From the IMG/VR virus record IMGVR_UViG_3300006925_000018, positions 1-61,279 of that record: a stretch of DNA of 61,279 bases. The stretch is one strand, 5' to 3'. A program made the translations under genes and the position numbers. Shown piece by piece: positions 38,656 through 48,052 of this stretch. The notes beneath the pieces are model-generated. The model ran no database searches. It was not told the origin of the DNA and was given only the letters and a program-made list of their open reading frames with translations. Position 1 is the first letter of the stretch, and every line of letters starts with the position of its first letter. The stretch comes from a virus. Lineage: Duplodnaviria; Caudoviricetes.

Positions 38656-39756
38656 ATGGAAAATACAACAATAGAAATTGGTAATACCACAACAGTAGAG
38701 TTAGACTTCATTGCTGGGTCTACAGCAATACATTTATCTAAACCAAGTCAACCTAACCTAATGAATCTTTTTGAAGAGCAGTTAGCATCTTTGGAAAAAG
38801 TTACTGTTTGTTTAAGTGGTGGACTAGATAGTCAGTTCTCAGCAAACCTGGCAAAGAAATTTTGTAAAGATGTTAATGCTGTGTGCTTTAGATTTATGTG
38901 GGACGACAACATAATCAACTCAGACGATGTAGTTACTGCACAACAATTTGCAGACAAAATAGATCTAGAACTACATTACGAAGACATTGATATCAAAGAA
39001 CACTTAACAAACAGTTCAGCAGAATATACTAGAAAGTACACAACTGTAAGTCCTCAGATATCAGTGCAACTAGCGGCAATTAAAAAATCCAAGTTTAATG
39101 ATAGAACACTTATGCTTGGCGGAGACGCACCTACGATAGCAGTAACAAAGCATTTTGATCAAGTATATTTGCAACGTAAAACATACTATAACGAAGACGG
39201 TAAAACAACAGGCACAAATACATCAGCACCTAACTTTTATTATGCCTTTAGTGCGCCTTTCAGTATACTTGAACAAACACATGGATTACATATTATAAAA
39301 GATCCGTTTTTACTTACTCCAGAGATACTATATGCTGGCTACTATCAAAACAAATATGTAATAGAGTCTTTTGGTGAAGTTATGTTAGTAAAGAACAATG
39401 CTAAAACAAATGCAGACAAGTACAAAGAAAACTATTACAAATCATTTGAAGACTTTGAATATGTATTTCCTATTGCAAAACGCACAGGGTTTGAAAACTT
39501 GAAGTTACATCTTGCAAGTGTCACAGGTAACTTTGATGAATTTGACGAAAAGTATAGACAACCATTGTATAGTGTAGCACAAGAATGCACTTGGTTTAAT
39601 CCTTTACTATTCAATAAAGGAAGAATTGTAGCGGCTAGTACAAAAGCAAAAGTATTTTTTCCAGATAAGGAGTCAGTGGAGTTAGAAGATATAATACTTA
39701 ATAGTGTGAGAGAAATAGAACCTTCTGCTTGTAATATATATAACTTCGATTGGTAA
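38656..39756 (+). CDS. PP-loop ATP pyrophosphatase (asparagine synthetase C-terminal-like)
   Basis: VCLSGGLDS; MLGGD. Confidence 0.75.
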   Translation: MENTTIEIGNTTTVELDFIAGSTAIHLSKPSQPNLMNLFEEQLASLEKVTVCLSGGLDSQFSANLAKKFCKDVNAVCFRFMWDDNIINSDDVVTAQQFADKIDLELHYEDIDIKEHLTNSSAEYTRKYTTVSPQISVQLAAIKKSKFNDRTLMLGGDAPTIAVTKHFDQVYLQRKTYYNEDGKTTGTNTSAPNFYYAFSAPFSILEQTHGLHIIKDPFLLTPEILYAGYYQNKYVIESFGEVMLVKNNAKTNADKYKENYYKSFEDFEYVFPIAKRTGFENLKLHLASVTGNFDEFDEKYRQPLYSVAQECTWFNPLLFNKGRIVAASTKAKVFFPDKESVELEDIILNSVREIEPSACNIYNFDW

Positions 39757-40134
39757 ATGTTACACGTCTACATCACAGGACAGATTAAAAACAAAAAGAA
39801 AATAGAACAATTTTCTATTGATTGTTTAGAGCATTTTTTTAAACATAGAATAAAACGTGATGTAGATATTGATATTAGAATCACAAAGTCTCACACAGAT
39901 AATTCGCATGGTGGTTGTTACGGCGACCATCAACATGTTGTTTTAGAGATTGCTAAAGGCCTCAATGAGGACAGCACATATCACCCGTTTGATTATAAAG
40001 AAATAATAGTTACAATAGCACATGAGTTAGTACATGCAAAGCAACACATTAGACGAGAACGTATAGACCAATTAGATTCTGAATCAGAGGCTTATAAGTT
40101 AGAATATATGTTGTACGATAAGTACTGGACTTAA
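39757..40134 (+). CDS. Zn metallopeptidase-like protein
   Basis: AHELVH and ESEAY. Confidence 0.75.
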   Translation: MLHVYITGQIKNKKKIEQFSIDCLEHFFKHRIKRDVDIDIRITKSHTDNSHGGCYGDHQHVVLEIAKGLNEDSTYHPFDYKEIIVTIAHELVHAKQHIRRERIDQLDSESEAYKLEYMLYDKYWT

Positions 40135-40135
40135 A

Positions 40136-40345
40136 CTATGTAGTTTGTTCTGGAGTCTTCCAAACTATTTTTATACCACGTCTAACAAGTTCGTTCATGC
40201 ATTTCTGCTTAATTTTATTTTTTTGACCTTTATTAATATAATCTATTAGTTCTTCTTTAGATTGTTGTTTAATATAAGAATGTACTGTTACTTTACCTTT
40301 GCCTTTTACAAAAGTAGTTTGACTTGGTTTAAATTTTACTGGCAT
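40136..40345 (-). CDS. Small basic hypothetical protein
   Basis: GAAGGA RBS; late motif at 40389-40396. Confidence 0.75.
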   Translation of the reverse strand: MPVKFKPSQTTFVKGKGKVTVHSYIKQQSKEELIDYINKGQKNKIKQKCMNELVRRGIKIVWKTPEQTT

Positions 40346-40491
40346 GATCCTTCTTGTTCTACTACAAAATAATTTTTGTAGTTGCGAATATTTATCAAAA
40401 ACTTAACACTATGCTTAACCAAAATGGCACTATGCGATAAATATTGGTATAGATATAATTAAATGTACATTATACAAAAGGATTTAAAAAC

Positions 40492-40659
40492 ATGTCAAAA
40501 ACACCCTATGAAATTAGGTTAGACTTAGTCAAAGAAGCAAAAGAGATTCTACAAGCAAAAGCAAAGAATCCAGAAGATATGCCTACAACTGAAGAAGTAC
40601 TAAAAGAAGCAGAACGTCTTAACGAGTTTGTATCTAAAAAGCCATTCGGCGAAAGATAA
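40492..40659 (+). CDS. 55-aa protein not in the ORF track
   Basis: MSKTPYEIRLDLVKEAKEIL...EEVLKEAERLNEFVSKK; AAGGA RBS; GATAAATA at 40436-40443. Confidence 0.85.
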   Translation: MSKTPYEIRLDLVKEAKEILQAKAKNPEDMPTTEEVLKEAERLNEFVSKKPFGER

Positions 40660-40718
40660 AATACACCAAAATATATCCCACCTCTCCCCCACTATAAGTA
40701 AATACTATTAACAAAAAG

Positions 40719-40794
40719 GCTCGAGTAGCTCAGTTGGTAGAGCAACTGATTTGTAATCAGTAGGTCGTAGGTTCGACTCCTATCTCGAGCTCCA
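40719..40794 (+). tRNA. tRNA-Thr(UGU)
   Basis: GCTCGAG/CTCGAGC acceptor; ACTGA-TTTGTAA-TCAGT; GTTCGA; encoded CCA. Confidence 0.97.
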
Positions 40795-40810
40795 TTTTGT
40801 TATACCGCGT

Positions 40811-40886
40811 GGGGCGGTAGCTCAGTTGGGAGAGCGATTGGTTTGCAACCAATAGGTCGGAGGTTCGATCCCTCTTCGCTCCACCA
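40811..40886 (+). tRNA. tRNA-Ala(UGC)
   Basis: G3:U70 pair; ATTGG-TTTGCAA-CCAAT; encoded CCA. Confidence 0.97.
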
Positions 40887-40963
40887 TTATTGCCTTAAAA
40901 GTTTCCAAACAAACATTGTAAAGTGTAAATACATTTAACTAATATTCTACAACAAGGTAAACA

Positions 40964-41857
40964 ATGTCAGAGAAAAACGCAAACAACAAATCACACAAAC
41001 AGCCACAAGAAGCCAGTGATGAGGTGATGCATAGATTACTTGATCAAAAAATTGAAATCCCCATTGGCTTACTAAGAAAAAAACATATCTTTATTGCAAC
41101 TCCTTGTTATGGTGGCCAACTAGGTGAGCCATATTTTAGAAGTATGATGAAACTTGCAATTATGTGTAACAAGTATGATATTCCTTATACTATTAGCACG
41201 TTAGCAAATGAAAGTTTAATTACAAGAGGTAGGAATACACTTACAAGTTTCTTTATGGCAAACGAAGAAGCAACACATTTATTCTTTGTTGATGCAGACA
41301 TTGAATTTGAACCAGAAGATCTATTGCGTATGGTTGCATACGACAAGCCTATTACAGTAGGAGCATATCCTAAAAAAGCAGTAAATTGGGATAGTATTAT
41401 ACATGCCGCTAGAGCAAACCAAGAAGAAACAGCACATACAATCGAAGGACATAGTTCAAACTATGTTGTAAACTTTGACTTTCTAAGAGATGAAAGTGGT
41501 AACAAAACACCGCAAGTACAAATTCAAGATAACTTGATTAAACTTAAAGATGCTGGTACAGGATTCATGTGTATCAAAAAAGAAACTATTCAACAGATGT
41601 TTGATAAACACACAGACTTAAAATATGTTAATGATATTAATGTAGATAATAAGTTTGAGCCATTTATGTATGCATTGTTTGATTGTATCATTGACCCAGA
41701 TAGCAGACGTTATTTGTCAGAGGATTATACATTCTGTAGACGTTGGCAAGAGATGGGAGGAGATGTATGGCTAGATCCTAGAACAGCACTTAATCACGTA
41801 GGGCATTATACGTTCCGTGGAAACATTAGAAAATTATTAACCGGAGATCCTGTATAA
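40964..41857 (+). CDS. GT-A fold glycosyltransferase-like protein
   Basis: IATPCYGG, RGRN, FFVDAD, LSEDYTFC. Confidence 0.8.
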   Translation: MSEKNANNKSHKQPQEASDEVMHRLLDQKIEIPIGLLRKKHIFIATPCYGGQLGEPYFRSMMKLAIMCNKYDIPYTISTLANESLITRGRNTLTSFFMANEEATHLFFVDADIEFEPEDLLRMVAYDKPITVGAYPKKAVNWDSIIHAARANQEETAHTIEGHSSNYVVNFDFLRDESGNKTPQVQIQDNLIKLKDAGTGFMCIKKETIQQMFDKHTDLKYVNDINVDNKFEPFMYALFDCIIDPDSRRYLSEDYTFCRRWQEMGGDVWLDPRTALNHVGHYTFRGNIRKLLTGDPV

Positions 41858-42747
41858 TGGCAGAAGAAGTAAAAACAGTAGACAGCAAAATAGATAAAAC
41901 AGTAATTTCTGTACTATTACCTACCAGAGGTAGAACAGACCTTTTAAAGAAAAGTTTAGAGAGTTTAATTAATTCAGCAAGTGATCCTAGTAGGTTAGAG
42001 ATACTCCTAGGACTAGATGACGATGACGAAGATATAAGACCGTTCATTGAAAAAGAAATAGCACCCTTTATGCAAGAGAAAGGTGTTGAATGTAGGGCAA
42101 ACATATTCGAACCATTGGGCTATAAGAAATTAAATGTATACGTTAACACACTTGCCTCATCGGCAACAGGACAATGGATTTTCTTTTGGAACGATGATGC
42201 AATTATGGAGACACAAGGTTGGGACGATGTTATCGAGAGCAAAAATGGTCAGTTTAAGTTATTTGCTCCACATGATAATCATAATGGACACCCTTATGCA
42301 ATCCTACCAATTTTACCAATGGATTGGTTTCGCTTAATGGATCATTTAAGTTTAAATGCACAAAACGATGCATGGTTAAGTCACATTGCTTACATGTTAG
42401 ATATATTTGAAAGAATAGACATTACATTTTTACATGATCGTGCTGACTTAACAGGCAACAATGATGATGATACATTTAAAGCAAGAGAATACGCAGAAGG
42501 CAATCCAGATGACCCAGCAGACTTTTCTCACACCGATATGCAAAATCAAAGAGTAAGAACTGCATATAAAATTGCTTGGTTCCTTGATAGAATAGGACAG
42601 CATTCAGATTGGTGGGACAATGTCGTAGCAGGTGAGCAAGATCCATTTGAAAAAATGATATGGCCTGAAAATGTTGCTGGTGCAGGGCAGTTGGATTCTA
42701 TATCTTCTAAACCAGAAATTTCAGACGACGAAATCATAGAGCTGTAA
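41857..42747 (+). CDS. Glycosyltransferase family 2-like
   Basis: ISVLLPTRGR, LDDDD, WNDD. Confidence 0.82.
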   Translation: MAEEVKTVDSKIDKTVISVLLPTRGRTDLLKKSLESLINSASDPSRLEILLGLDDDDEDIRPFIEKEIAPFMQEKGVECRANIFEPLGYKKLNVYVNTLASSATGQWIFFWNDDAIMETQGWDDVIESKNGQFKLFAPHDNHNGHPYAILPILPMDWFRLMDHLSLNAQNDAWLSHIAYMLDIFERIDITFLHDRADLTGNNDDDTFKAREYAEGNPDDPADFSHTDMQNQRVRTAYKIAWFLDRIGQHSDWWDNVVAGEQDPFEKMIWPENVAGAGQLDSISSKPEISDDEIIEL

Positions 42748-42755
42748 AAAAACAC

Positions 42756-42784
42756 TTGACAAACACCAAGTAATCCAGTATAAT
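42756..42784 (+). promoter_or_regulatory. Sigma70-type promoter
   Basis: TTGACA-N17-TATAAT; GGAG RBS downstream. Confidence 0.85.
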
Positions 42785-42806
42785 AGTTATTTACTGGAGT
42801 ATTCGT

Positions 42807-43343
42807 ATGGCCACACATGCAATGATAGACATAGAAACACTAGGCACAGAACCTGATTGTGTTGTATTATCAGTGGGTGCAGTTAAGTTTGATCCGCACA
42901 ATTCTCAAGAACCACATGCTAAAACATTGTGGAAGCCTAACGTAGATCAGCAAACAGTTGCCGAACGCAGTATATTAGACAGCACACTTGAATGGTGGGC
43001 AAAGCAACCACAACACATACAAGACGAAGCATTCAACGAAGAAGGTAGAATGCAACTTGCTGATTTTATGCAGGACTTAAACAAGTACCTTGTGGGTGTT
43101 GATAAGATTTGGTGTCAAGGACCTCAGTTTGATATGGTCATTCTTGAAAACTTGTTCACACAATTTAACCATCACAAAGGCTGGGCTTTTTGGCAAATAA
43201 TGGATTGTAGAACACTTTTTAACATAATGCCTACAGATCCACGTAAAGCAATACAACAAAACCTACATAGTGCTGATGCTGATGCATTCTACCAAGCAGT
43301 ATGTGTACAGCAATCTTACAAGCATTTTAATGTTGTTCAATGA
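42807..43343 (+). CDS. DEDD 3'-5' exonuclease (Rv2179c/DexA-like)
   Basis: MIDIETLG, FDMVIL, DCRT, HSADADA. Confidence 0.88.
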   Translation: MATHAMIDIETLGTEPDCVVLSVGAVKFDPHNSQEPHAKTLWKPNVDQQTVAERSILDSTLEWWAKQPQHIQDEAFNEEGRMQLADFMQDLNKYLVGVDKIWCQGPQFDMVILENLFTQFNHHKGWAFWQIMDCRTLFNIMPTDPRKAIQQNLHSADADAFYQAVCVQQSYKHFNVVQ

Positions 43344-43636
43344 GTCAATACACCGACAAGATTAATGCAATAGCGGAAGACTTTGCAATGATTGATAAGT
43401 ATGAATCAATAACTGCTCTTGAAGGCAGAGACGGTATGCTAATCTTACATTATAGTCATGGCGGCAAAAAAATAGATTTTAGGACTGACAGCGAATATGA
43501 AGGAACAGTAGGTAAAGCAGGCGAAACAGTAATAGTTCCTGCAACTGATGGTACTTACATAAGGCTTAAACAAAAATATACATCAGAAACATGGGGTTCT
43601 AAAATTGCAAAGTTTTGGAACAAAATTCGTGGTTGA
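43340..43636 (+). CDS. Hypothetical protein
   Basis: ATGA-coupled ORF. Confidence 0.7.
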   Translation: MSQYTDKINAIAEDFAMIDKYESITALEGRDGMLILHYSHGGKKIDFRTDSEYEGTVGKAGETVIVPATDGTYIRLKQKYTSETWGSKIAKFWNKIRG

Positions 43637-43689
43637 CAAAAAGCATAAATACAATTACAATATGCTTTTACTTTCGGAGAGGTAATTTT

Positions 43690-43869
43690 ATGGATCCAGT
43701 ACTATTTTTTATACCATATGTAATTGGTACATTACTAGGACTACATTGGGGATTTAAAAGTGGTGTCAGGAACGGTTCTGAAGCCACTGTAGATGCACTA
43801 ATGCAAAAAGGTTTCTTAAAATGGAAAGAAGGGAGGGACGGCAATATTGAATTTACAAAGGTAAACTAA
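43690..43869 (+). CDS. Small membrane protein (likely start 43690)
   Basis: GGAGAGGT RBS; N-terminal hydrophobic helix. Confidence 0.7.
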   Translation: MDPVLFFIPYVIGTLLGLHWGFKSGVRNGSEATVDALMQKGFLKWKEGRDGNIEFTKVN

Positions 43870-44615
43870 TGCTGTTCAAACTGTTTGGTAAAAATAATGG
43901 AAAAATACACACAACAATTTTTATGTTGTGTTCCCTTATATTTGCTTACTTAACATTCTTTCATTTTACACTTGCTGAATGGTTAATACTATTTGTGAGT
44001 GCAACTATATTCACTGGCTTTACTACATCAGGCTTCTTGCATAGATATTGTTCGCATAGAAGTTGGCGTATGCCACGTTGGCTAGAAGTATTTTTATTAG
44101 GTAGTACCACAGCATTACTTAATCAACCTGCAATGGGTTGGGCGGCTATACATTTATCTCATCATAAACACACAGATCAAGAGGGCGATCCACACGGTCA
44201 TATTCATAGTATATGGGATAATTTTTGTGTGTTTAACAAAATACCACCACTAAGACATATACCGCGTTGGATGTTAAGAGATAGGCTGTATGCTAATCAA
44301 ACCAAATACTATTGGGAAACAGCAATAACATTACAACTGATAGTTTCTTACTTTTTGGGCTGGCAAGTAATGGTATCATTTATTGCATTATCTTATCTTT
44401 ACCAAATAGGACTAAACTTAGTTGGGCACTCAAAAGAACTAAAACCTATTAACAATTCACTACTTGCTATACCTTGGATGGGCGAATTATACCATGCAAA
44501 CCACCATTGGCAACCAGGTAATGCTAGGTTTGGTATGCTGGACGGAACGTACTATTTCATGATAAAGTGGGCTCAAATGCTCGTTTCTGAGCCAAAAACT
44601 CCTAAAAATAATTAA
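43869..44615 (+). CDS. Membrane fatty-acid desaturase (delta-9-like)
   Basis: His boxes HRYCSH, HLSHH, HANHH; DPH; TM helices. Confidence 0.9.
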   Translation: MLFKLFGKNNGKIHTTIFMLCSLIFAYLTFFHFTLAEWLILFVSATIFTGFTTSGFLHRYCSHRSWRMPRWLEVFLLGSTTALLNQPAMGWAAIHLSHHKHTDQEGDPHGHIHSIWDNFCVFNKIPPLRHIPRWMLRDRLYANQTKYYWETAITLQLIVSYFLGWQVMVSFIALSYLYQIGLNLVGHSKELKPINNSLLAIPWMGELYHANHHWQPGNARFGMLDGTYYFMIKWAQMLVSEPKTPKNN

Positions 44616-44655
44616 AAACCTACTAAAAACAAGCAGTTACACCCTATGAAAACGG

Positions 44656-44683
44656 TTGACAAATCGCCAGAATTTGCTATAAT
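44656..44683 (+). promoter_or_regulatory. Sigma70-type promoter
   Basis: TTGACA-N16-TATAAT with TGn extension. Confidence 0.8.
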
Positions 44684-44718
44684 AGTTGTATAAATTAAAT
44701 AAGAAGGTAGGAGTTTTT

Positions 44719-45135
44719 ATGCATTTAGATAACGAAGTAAAGATAGCAGGCGAGACACAACGTAAAGAGCGTTTTGGTTTAGCATCTATAAACGATGATC
44801 ACAAAACATTTACTGGTGATGTACTTTATACGTCACAAAAAGGTAACAACTTTTCAAGTAGTATTGAAGAGAAGTTCCAAGATACTGCTCAGGTAGACGG
44901 ACTTACAGTTTGGAAGTCAAACGGTGAAGTTCCATTTGCTGACATGCTGTTGGATTTTGTGCAAATTGATGCTATCACTTTTGAGCAGGCTGAATTCTCA
45001 ACAATTCAAAAGAACAAAGATGCAGAAGCATCGTTGGAAACTTTATTCAGACACACAGATGGTAACATCTACTTAGGTGAAAATGCTCTTGATTACAGAG
45101 CAGAACGTTTAGCAAAAATTGAGGAGACAGTATAA
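44719..45135 (+). CDS. Hypothetical early protein (likely start 44719)
   Basis: AGGAG RBS before ATG. Confidence 0.75.
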   Translation: MHLDNEVKIAGETQRKERFGLASINDDHKTFTGDVLYTSQKGNNFSSSIEEKFQDTAQVDGLTVWKSNGEVPFADMLLDFVQIDAITFEQAEFSTIQKNKDAEASLETLFRHTDGNIYLGENALDYRAERLAKIEETV

Positions 45136-45458
45136 TGTTAACAGTAGAAATTCATAACGAAGCAATACAAGAAGCCGCTCAGGCAACTCAACACTATTTA
45201 GATACAGTTGGTGAGCATCCATTTAATTGTGGTTTTGCTTGGGTAACTGCTAATGTTAAAGGCAACACCAAAGTAGGCAAAAGTTTTATTGCACAAGGTT
45301 TTGAGAAAAGTTATAACGGAGGATTTCAAATTTGGAATCCAAGCGGTAGTTACACTCAAGACGTTGGTGCTAAGATGGCTGGTGCAGATGCTTATGTGTC
45401 TACTGTTAAAAAATATATTCCAGAAGCACCACTTTACACAGGTTCAAGGTTAGATTAA
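45135..45458 (+). CDS. Hypothetical phage protein
   Basis: GAGGAG RBS; CGFAWV...SRLD. Confidence 0.8.
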   Translation: MLTVEIHNEAIQEAAQATQHYLDTVGEHPFNCGFAWVTANVKGNTKVGKSFIAQGFEKSYNGGFQIWNPSGSYTQDVGAKMAGADAYVSTVKKYIPEAPLYTGSRLD

Positions 45459-45955
45459 TGTTAGACAAAGCAGTCAAATTTGCCACTTTGGCACACGGTA
45501 GCCAGGTACGAAAGTACCATGGCACTCCGTACATATCGCATCCTTTAGCAGTAGCGGAAATTGTTAAGTCAGTTCCGCACACTGAAGAAATGCTTATGGC
45601 GGCTGTTTTGCATGACGTTGTCGAAGATACCCCTGCAACTATAGAGCAAATAGAAAAACACTTTGGATCTACAGTTGCAGAGTTAGTTTTCTTTTTAACT
45701 GATATATCTAAGCCTGAGGACGGTAACAGAGCCCATAGAAAGCAGTTAGATGCTGAACACAATGCTAACGGTCCTGCTGAAGCACAAACAATTAAAGTTG
45801 CTGATTTGATACATAACAGTTCAGACATAGCCGCACATGATCCTAGGTTTTGGAAAACATACAAGACTGAGAAATTGCAAACTTTAAACTTGTTAGATAA
45901 AGCAGATGCTACACTTAAAGCAAGAGCATTTGCACAAATTATGGAAGGTAAGTAA
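45458..45955 (+). CDS. HD-domain (p)ppGpp hydrolase-like protein (SpoT-HD/Mesh1 type)
   Basis: HGSQVRK..GTPYISHP, AAVLHDVVEDT, IKVADLIHN. Confidence 0.88.
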   Translation: MLDKAVKFATLAHGSQVRKYHGTPYISHPLAVAEIVKSVPHTEEMLMAAVLHDVVEDTPATIEQIEKHFGSTVAELVFFLTDISKPEDGNRAHRKQLDAEHNANGPAEAQTIKVADLIHNSSDIAAHDPRFWKTYKTEKLQTLNLLDKADATLKARAFAQIMEGK

Positions 45956-46275
45956 TGATTAGCATATTGCAAGAAACAACCGATTGGGGCAAATTCAAAG
46001 TCAATAACGGCATTTATCATATAAATGGTGCTGGTAGTTTAGTTGCATACCAAGTTAACCAAGATGCAGAAGTGCAAGTTCTTAAATCGCCTAGCAAACA
46101 ATTTTCCAAGTCGCGAAGAAAATTTGTGAAGATTGGTGAGCGACCAGAAGAAGTTGCAAGTCATGTTATTGAAGTCAAAGGTTCTAAAGGTAATGTTTAC
46201 TATGTGGACACAGAAAAGAACACTTGTACTTGCCCAGGATTCACATTCCGAGGTAATTGTAAGCATATTAAATAA
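45955..46275 (+). CDS. SWIM zinc-finger protein
   Basis: CTCPGFTFRGNCKH. Confidence 0.85.
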   Translation: MISILQETTDWGKFKVNNGIYHINGAGSLVAYQVNQDAEVQVLKSPSKQFSKSRRKFVKIGERPEEVASHVIEVKGSKGNVYYVDTEKNTCTCPGFTFRGNCKHIK

Positions 46276-46283
46276 ATACTAGT

Positions 46284-46790
46284 ATGTTAGTAGAACCAAA
46301 TCACCAAGCATTACATATGAAGGCAGACGTTGATCCGTTTACTGCTGACGATGTGAATTGGCCTGAACGACAAAAAGAAATGTTCCAACTTATGAGAGAT
46401 AAGTTCGGTATAGGATTGGCCGCTCCACAGTTAGGTGCTAGTTACAATATGTTTGTAATGAATCACACAACATTAGGTGACATAGGTGTTTACAATCCAG
46501 AAATTATTTCGCAGTCGGAAGAAACTGTATGCCAGGAAGAAGGTTGTCTAACATTTCCTTTATTATTTTTTATGGTAACAAGACCTGCAAAATGCACAGT
46601 TAAGTTCTCTGATGCTTTCCAAGAAGAGCATACACTAGAACTAGAAGGTACTGATGCTCAATGCTTTCAACACGAATTTGATCACTTACAGGGTAAGTTA
46701 TTTTTAGAATATGCTAGTGACATGAAATTGCAAAGAGCAATGAAGAAACGTGAAAAGAGAGTAAAACAGTTATTAAAGATGCAGGCATAA
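46284..46790 (+). CDS. def: Peptide deformylase
   Basis: GIGLAAPQ, EGCLT, QHEFDHL. Confidence 0.96.
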   Translation: MLVEPNHQALHMKADVDPFTADDVNWPERQKEMFQLMRDKFGIGLAAPQLGASYNMFVMNHTTLGDIGVYNPEIISQSEETVCQEEGCLTFPLLFFMVTRPAKCTVKFSDAFQEEHTLELEGTDAQCFQHEFDHLQGKLFLEYASDMKLQRAMKKREKRVKQLLKMQA

Positions 46791-46798
46791 GGTAACTT

Positions 46799-47641
46799 AT
46801 GGACTATCCGTTTTTTGTTAATAACTTCGACAGAGTTAAAGATCACAAATTAACCCATCCAGCAGTAAGCGAAATATTTAAACACCCTGTATCCTTCTGG
46901 TATGGCCAACGTAACGGTAGGAATTGTAAAGACTTACACAAAGGCATACAACGTTTACTAAACCGTACATTGCCGCAACTACCAGTATTTGTTATATATA
47001 ATTTGCCTTCAAGAGACATGGGACATTACAGTAAAGGCGGCGCAAGTGGAGAACAAGAATACTTAGACTTTTTATTTCAGTTCTGCAATGGAATTGGAGA
47101 TCATAAACCTATAGTAATATTTGAGCCTGATGCTTTACCTCATAGTACATTAATGGATAATAACGATAAAGAGTTTCGTATTAGACTTATGAAAGCAGGT
47201 ATTGATGTTTTAACACAGAACAGTAATGCTATTGTGTACTTAGATATAGGACATAGTAATTGGTTAGAACCAGATGTAGCAGGCAAGTTAATTAACTCTG
47301 TTACTAACAAACATGTACGTGGCTTTAGTGTTAATGTAAGTAACTTTAGAACTACAGAAGAGAGCATTAAATGGGCTCTTAGAGTTACAGAGAACACGTC
47401 TAACAAACGTTTTGTCATTGACACTAGTCGTAATGGCAACGGCCCTTATGGAAACGAGTGGTGTAATCCTCCGGGAAGAGCACTAGGAATTCCACCTACT
47501 ACAGATACAGGTGTAGAAGAATGTGATGCATTTTTATGGATTAAGATACCTGGAGAATCAGATGGTACAGGTAATGGTGGTCCAAGAGCTGGAAAGTTTT
47601 GGCCTGAATATGGAAGTGAGTTAGTTTTAAATAAAGTTTAA
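46799..47641 (+). CDS. Glycoside hydrolase family 6 (cellulase-type) catalytic domain
   Basis: YNLPSRD, FEPDAL, YLDIGHSNW, NVSNF, IDTSRNG, WCNP, WIKIPGESDG. Confidence 0.93.
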   Translation: MDYPFFVNNFDRVKDHKLTHPAVSEIFKHPVSFWYGQRNGRNCKDLHKGIQRLLNRTLPQLPVFVIYNLPSRDMGHYSKGGASGEQEYLDFLFQFCNGIGDHKPIVIFEPDALPHSTLMDNNDKEFRIRLMKAGIDVLTQNSNAIVYLDIGHSNWLEPDVAGKLINSVTNKHVRGFSVNVSNFRTTEESIKWALRVTENTSNKRFVIDTSRNGNGPYGNEWCNPPGRALGIPPTTDTGVEECDAFLWIKIPGESDGTGNGGPRAGKFWPEYGSELVLNKV

Positions 47642-48051
47642 CTTACACCGCTTGGGTCTAATGGATCTGAGTCAACAGTATCTTGAGTACCGTCGCCAGT
47701 CATATCATCACCTGCTGGTACTTCTATGCTATTTTCTAAGTAATGTTTAGCATCACTTATGTATACTCCTGCTTTGGTAATCTTTGACTGCCACCAATGA
47801 GGAAAGTCCGCATCTGGCAAATCATCTAGCATTTTGTATAATTCAACACAGTAAGAACCCATTTGGAATAAGTCTCTTTTAACCATGTCTCTCTCGTTAT
47901 CAACGTGTCCTACTGATAGTTTATCGTTTTCTTCATCACCAGCATCTCTTTCACTTACATCATATGAGTCAAGCAAAGTTGTTGAACGAGGCTGTTCTAC
48001 TATGTTTGGTGTGATACCTGCAAGTTGTTGTAGTTTTTCAATTTCGTTCAT
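47638..48051 (-). CDS. Acidic putative head protein
   Basis: N-terminal LQQLAGI motif; FPHWWQSKITKA. Confidence 0.65.
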   Translation of the reverse strand: MNEIEKLQQLAGITPNIVEQPRSTTLLDSYDVSERDAGDEENDKLSVGHVDNERDMVKRDLFQMGSYCVELYKMLDDLPDADFPHWWQSKITKAGVYISDAKHYLENSIEVPAGDDMTGDGTQDTVDSDPLDPSGVS

Positions 48052-48052
48052 T

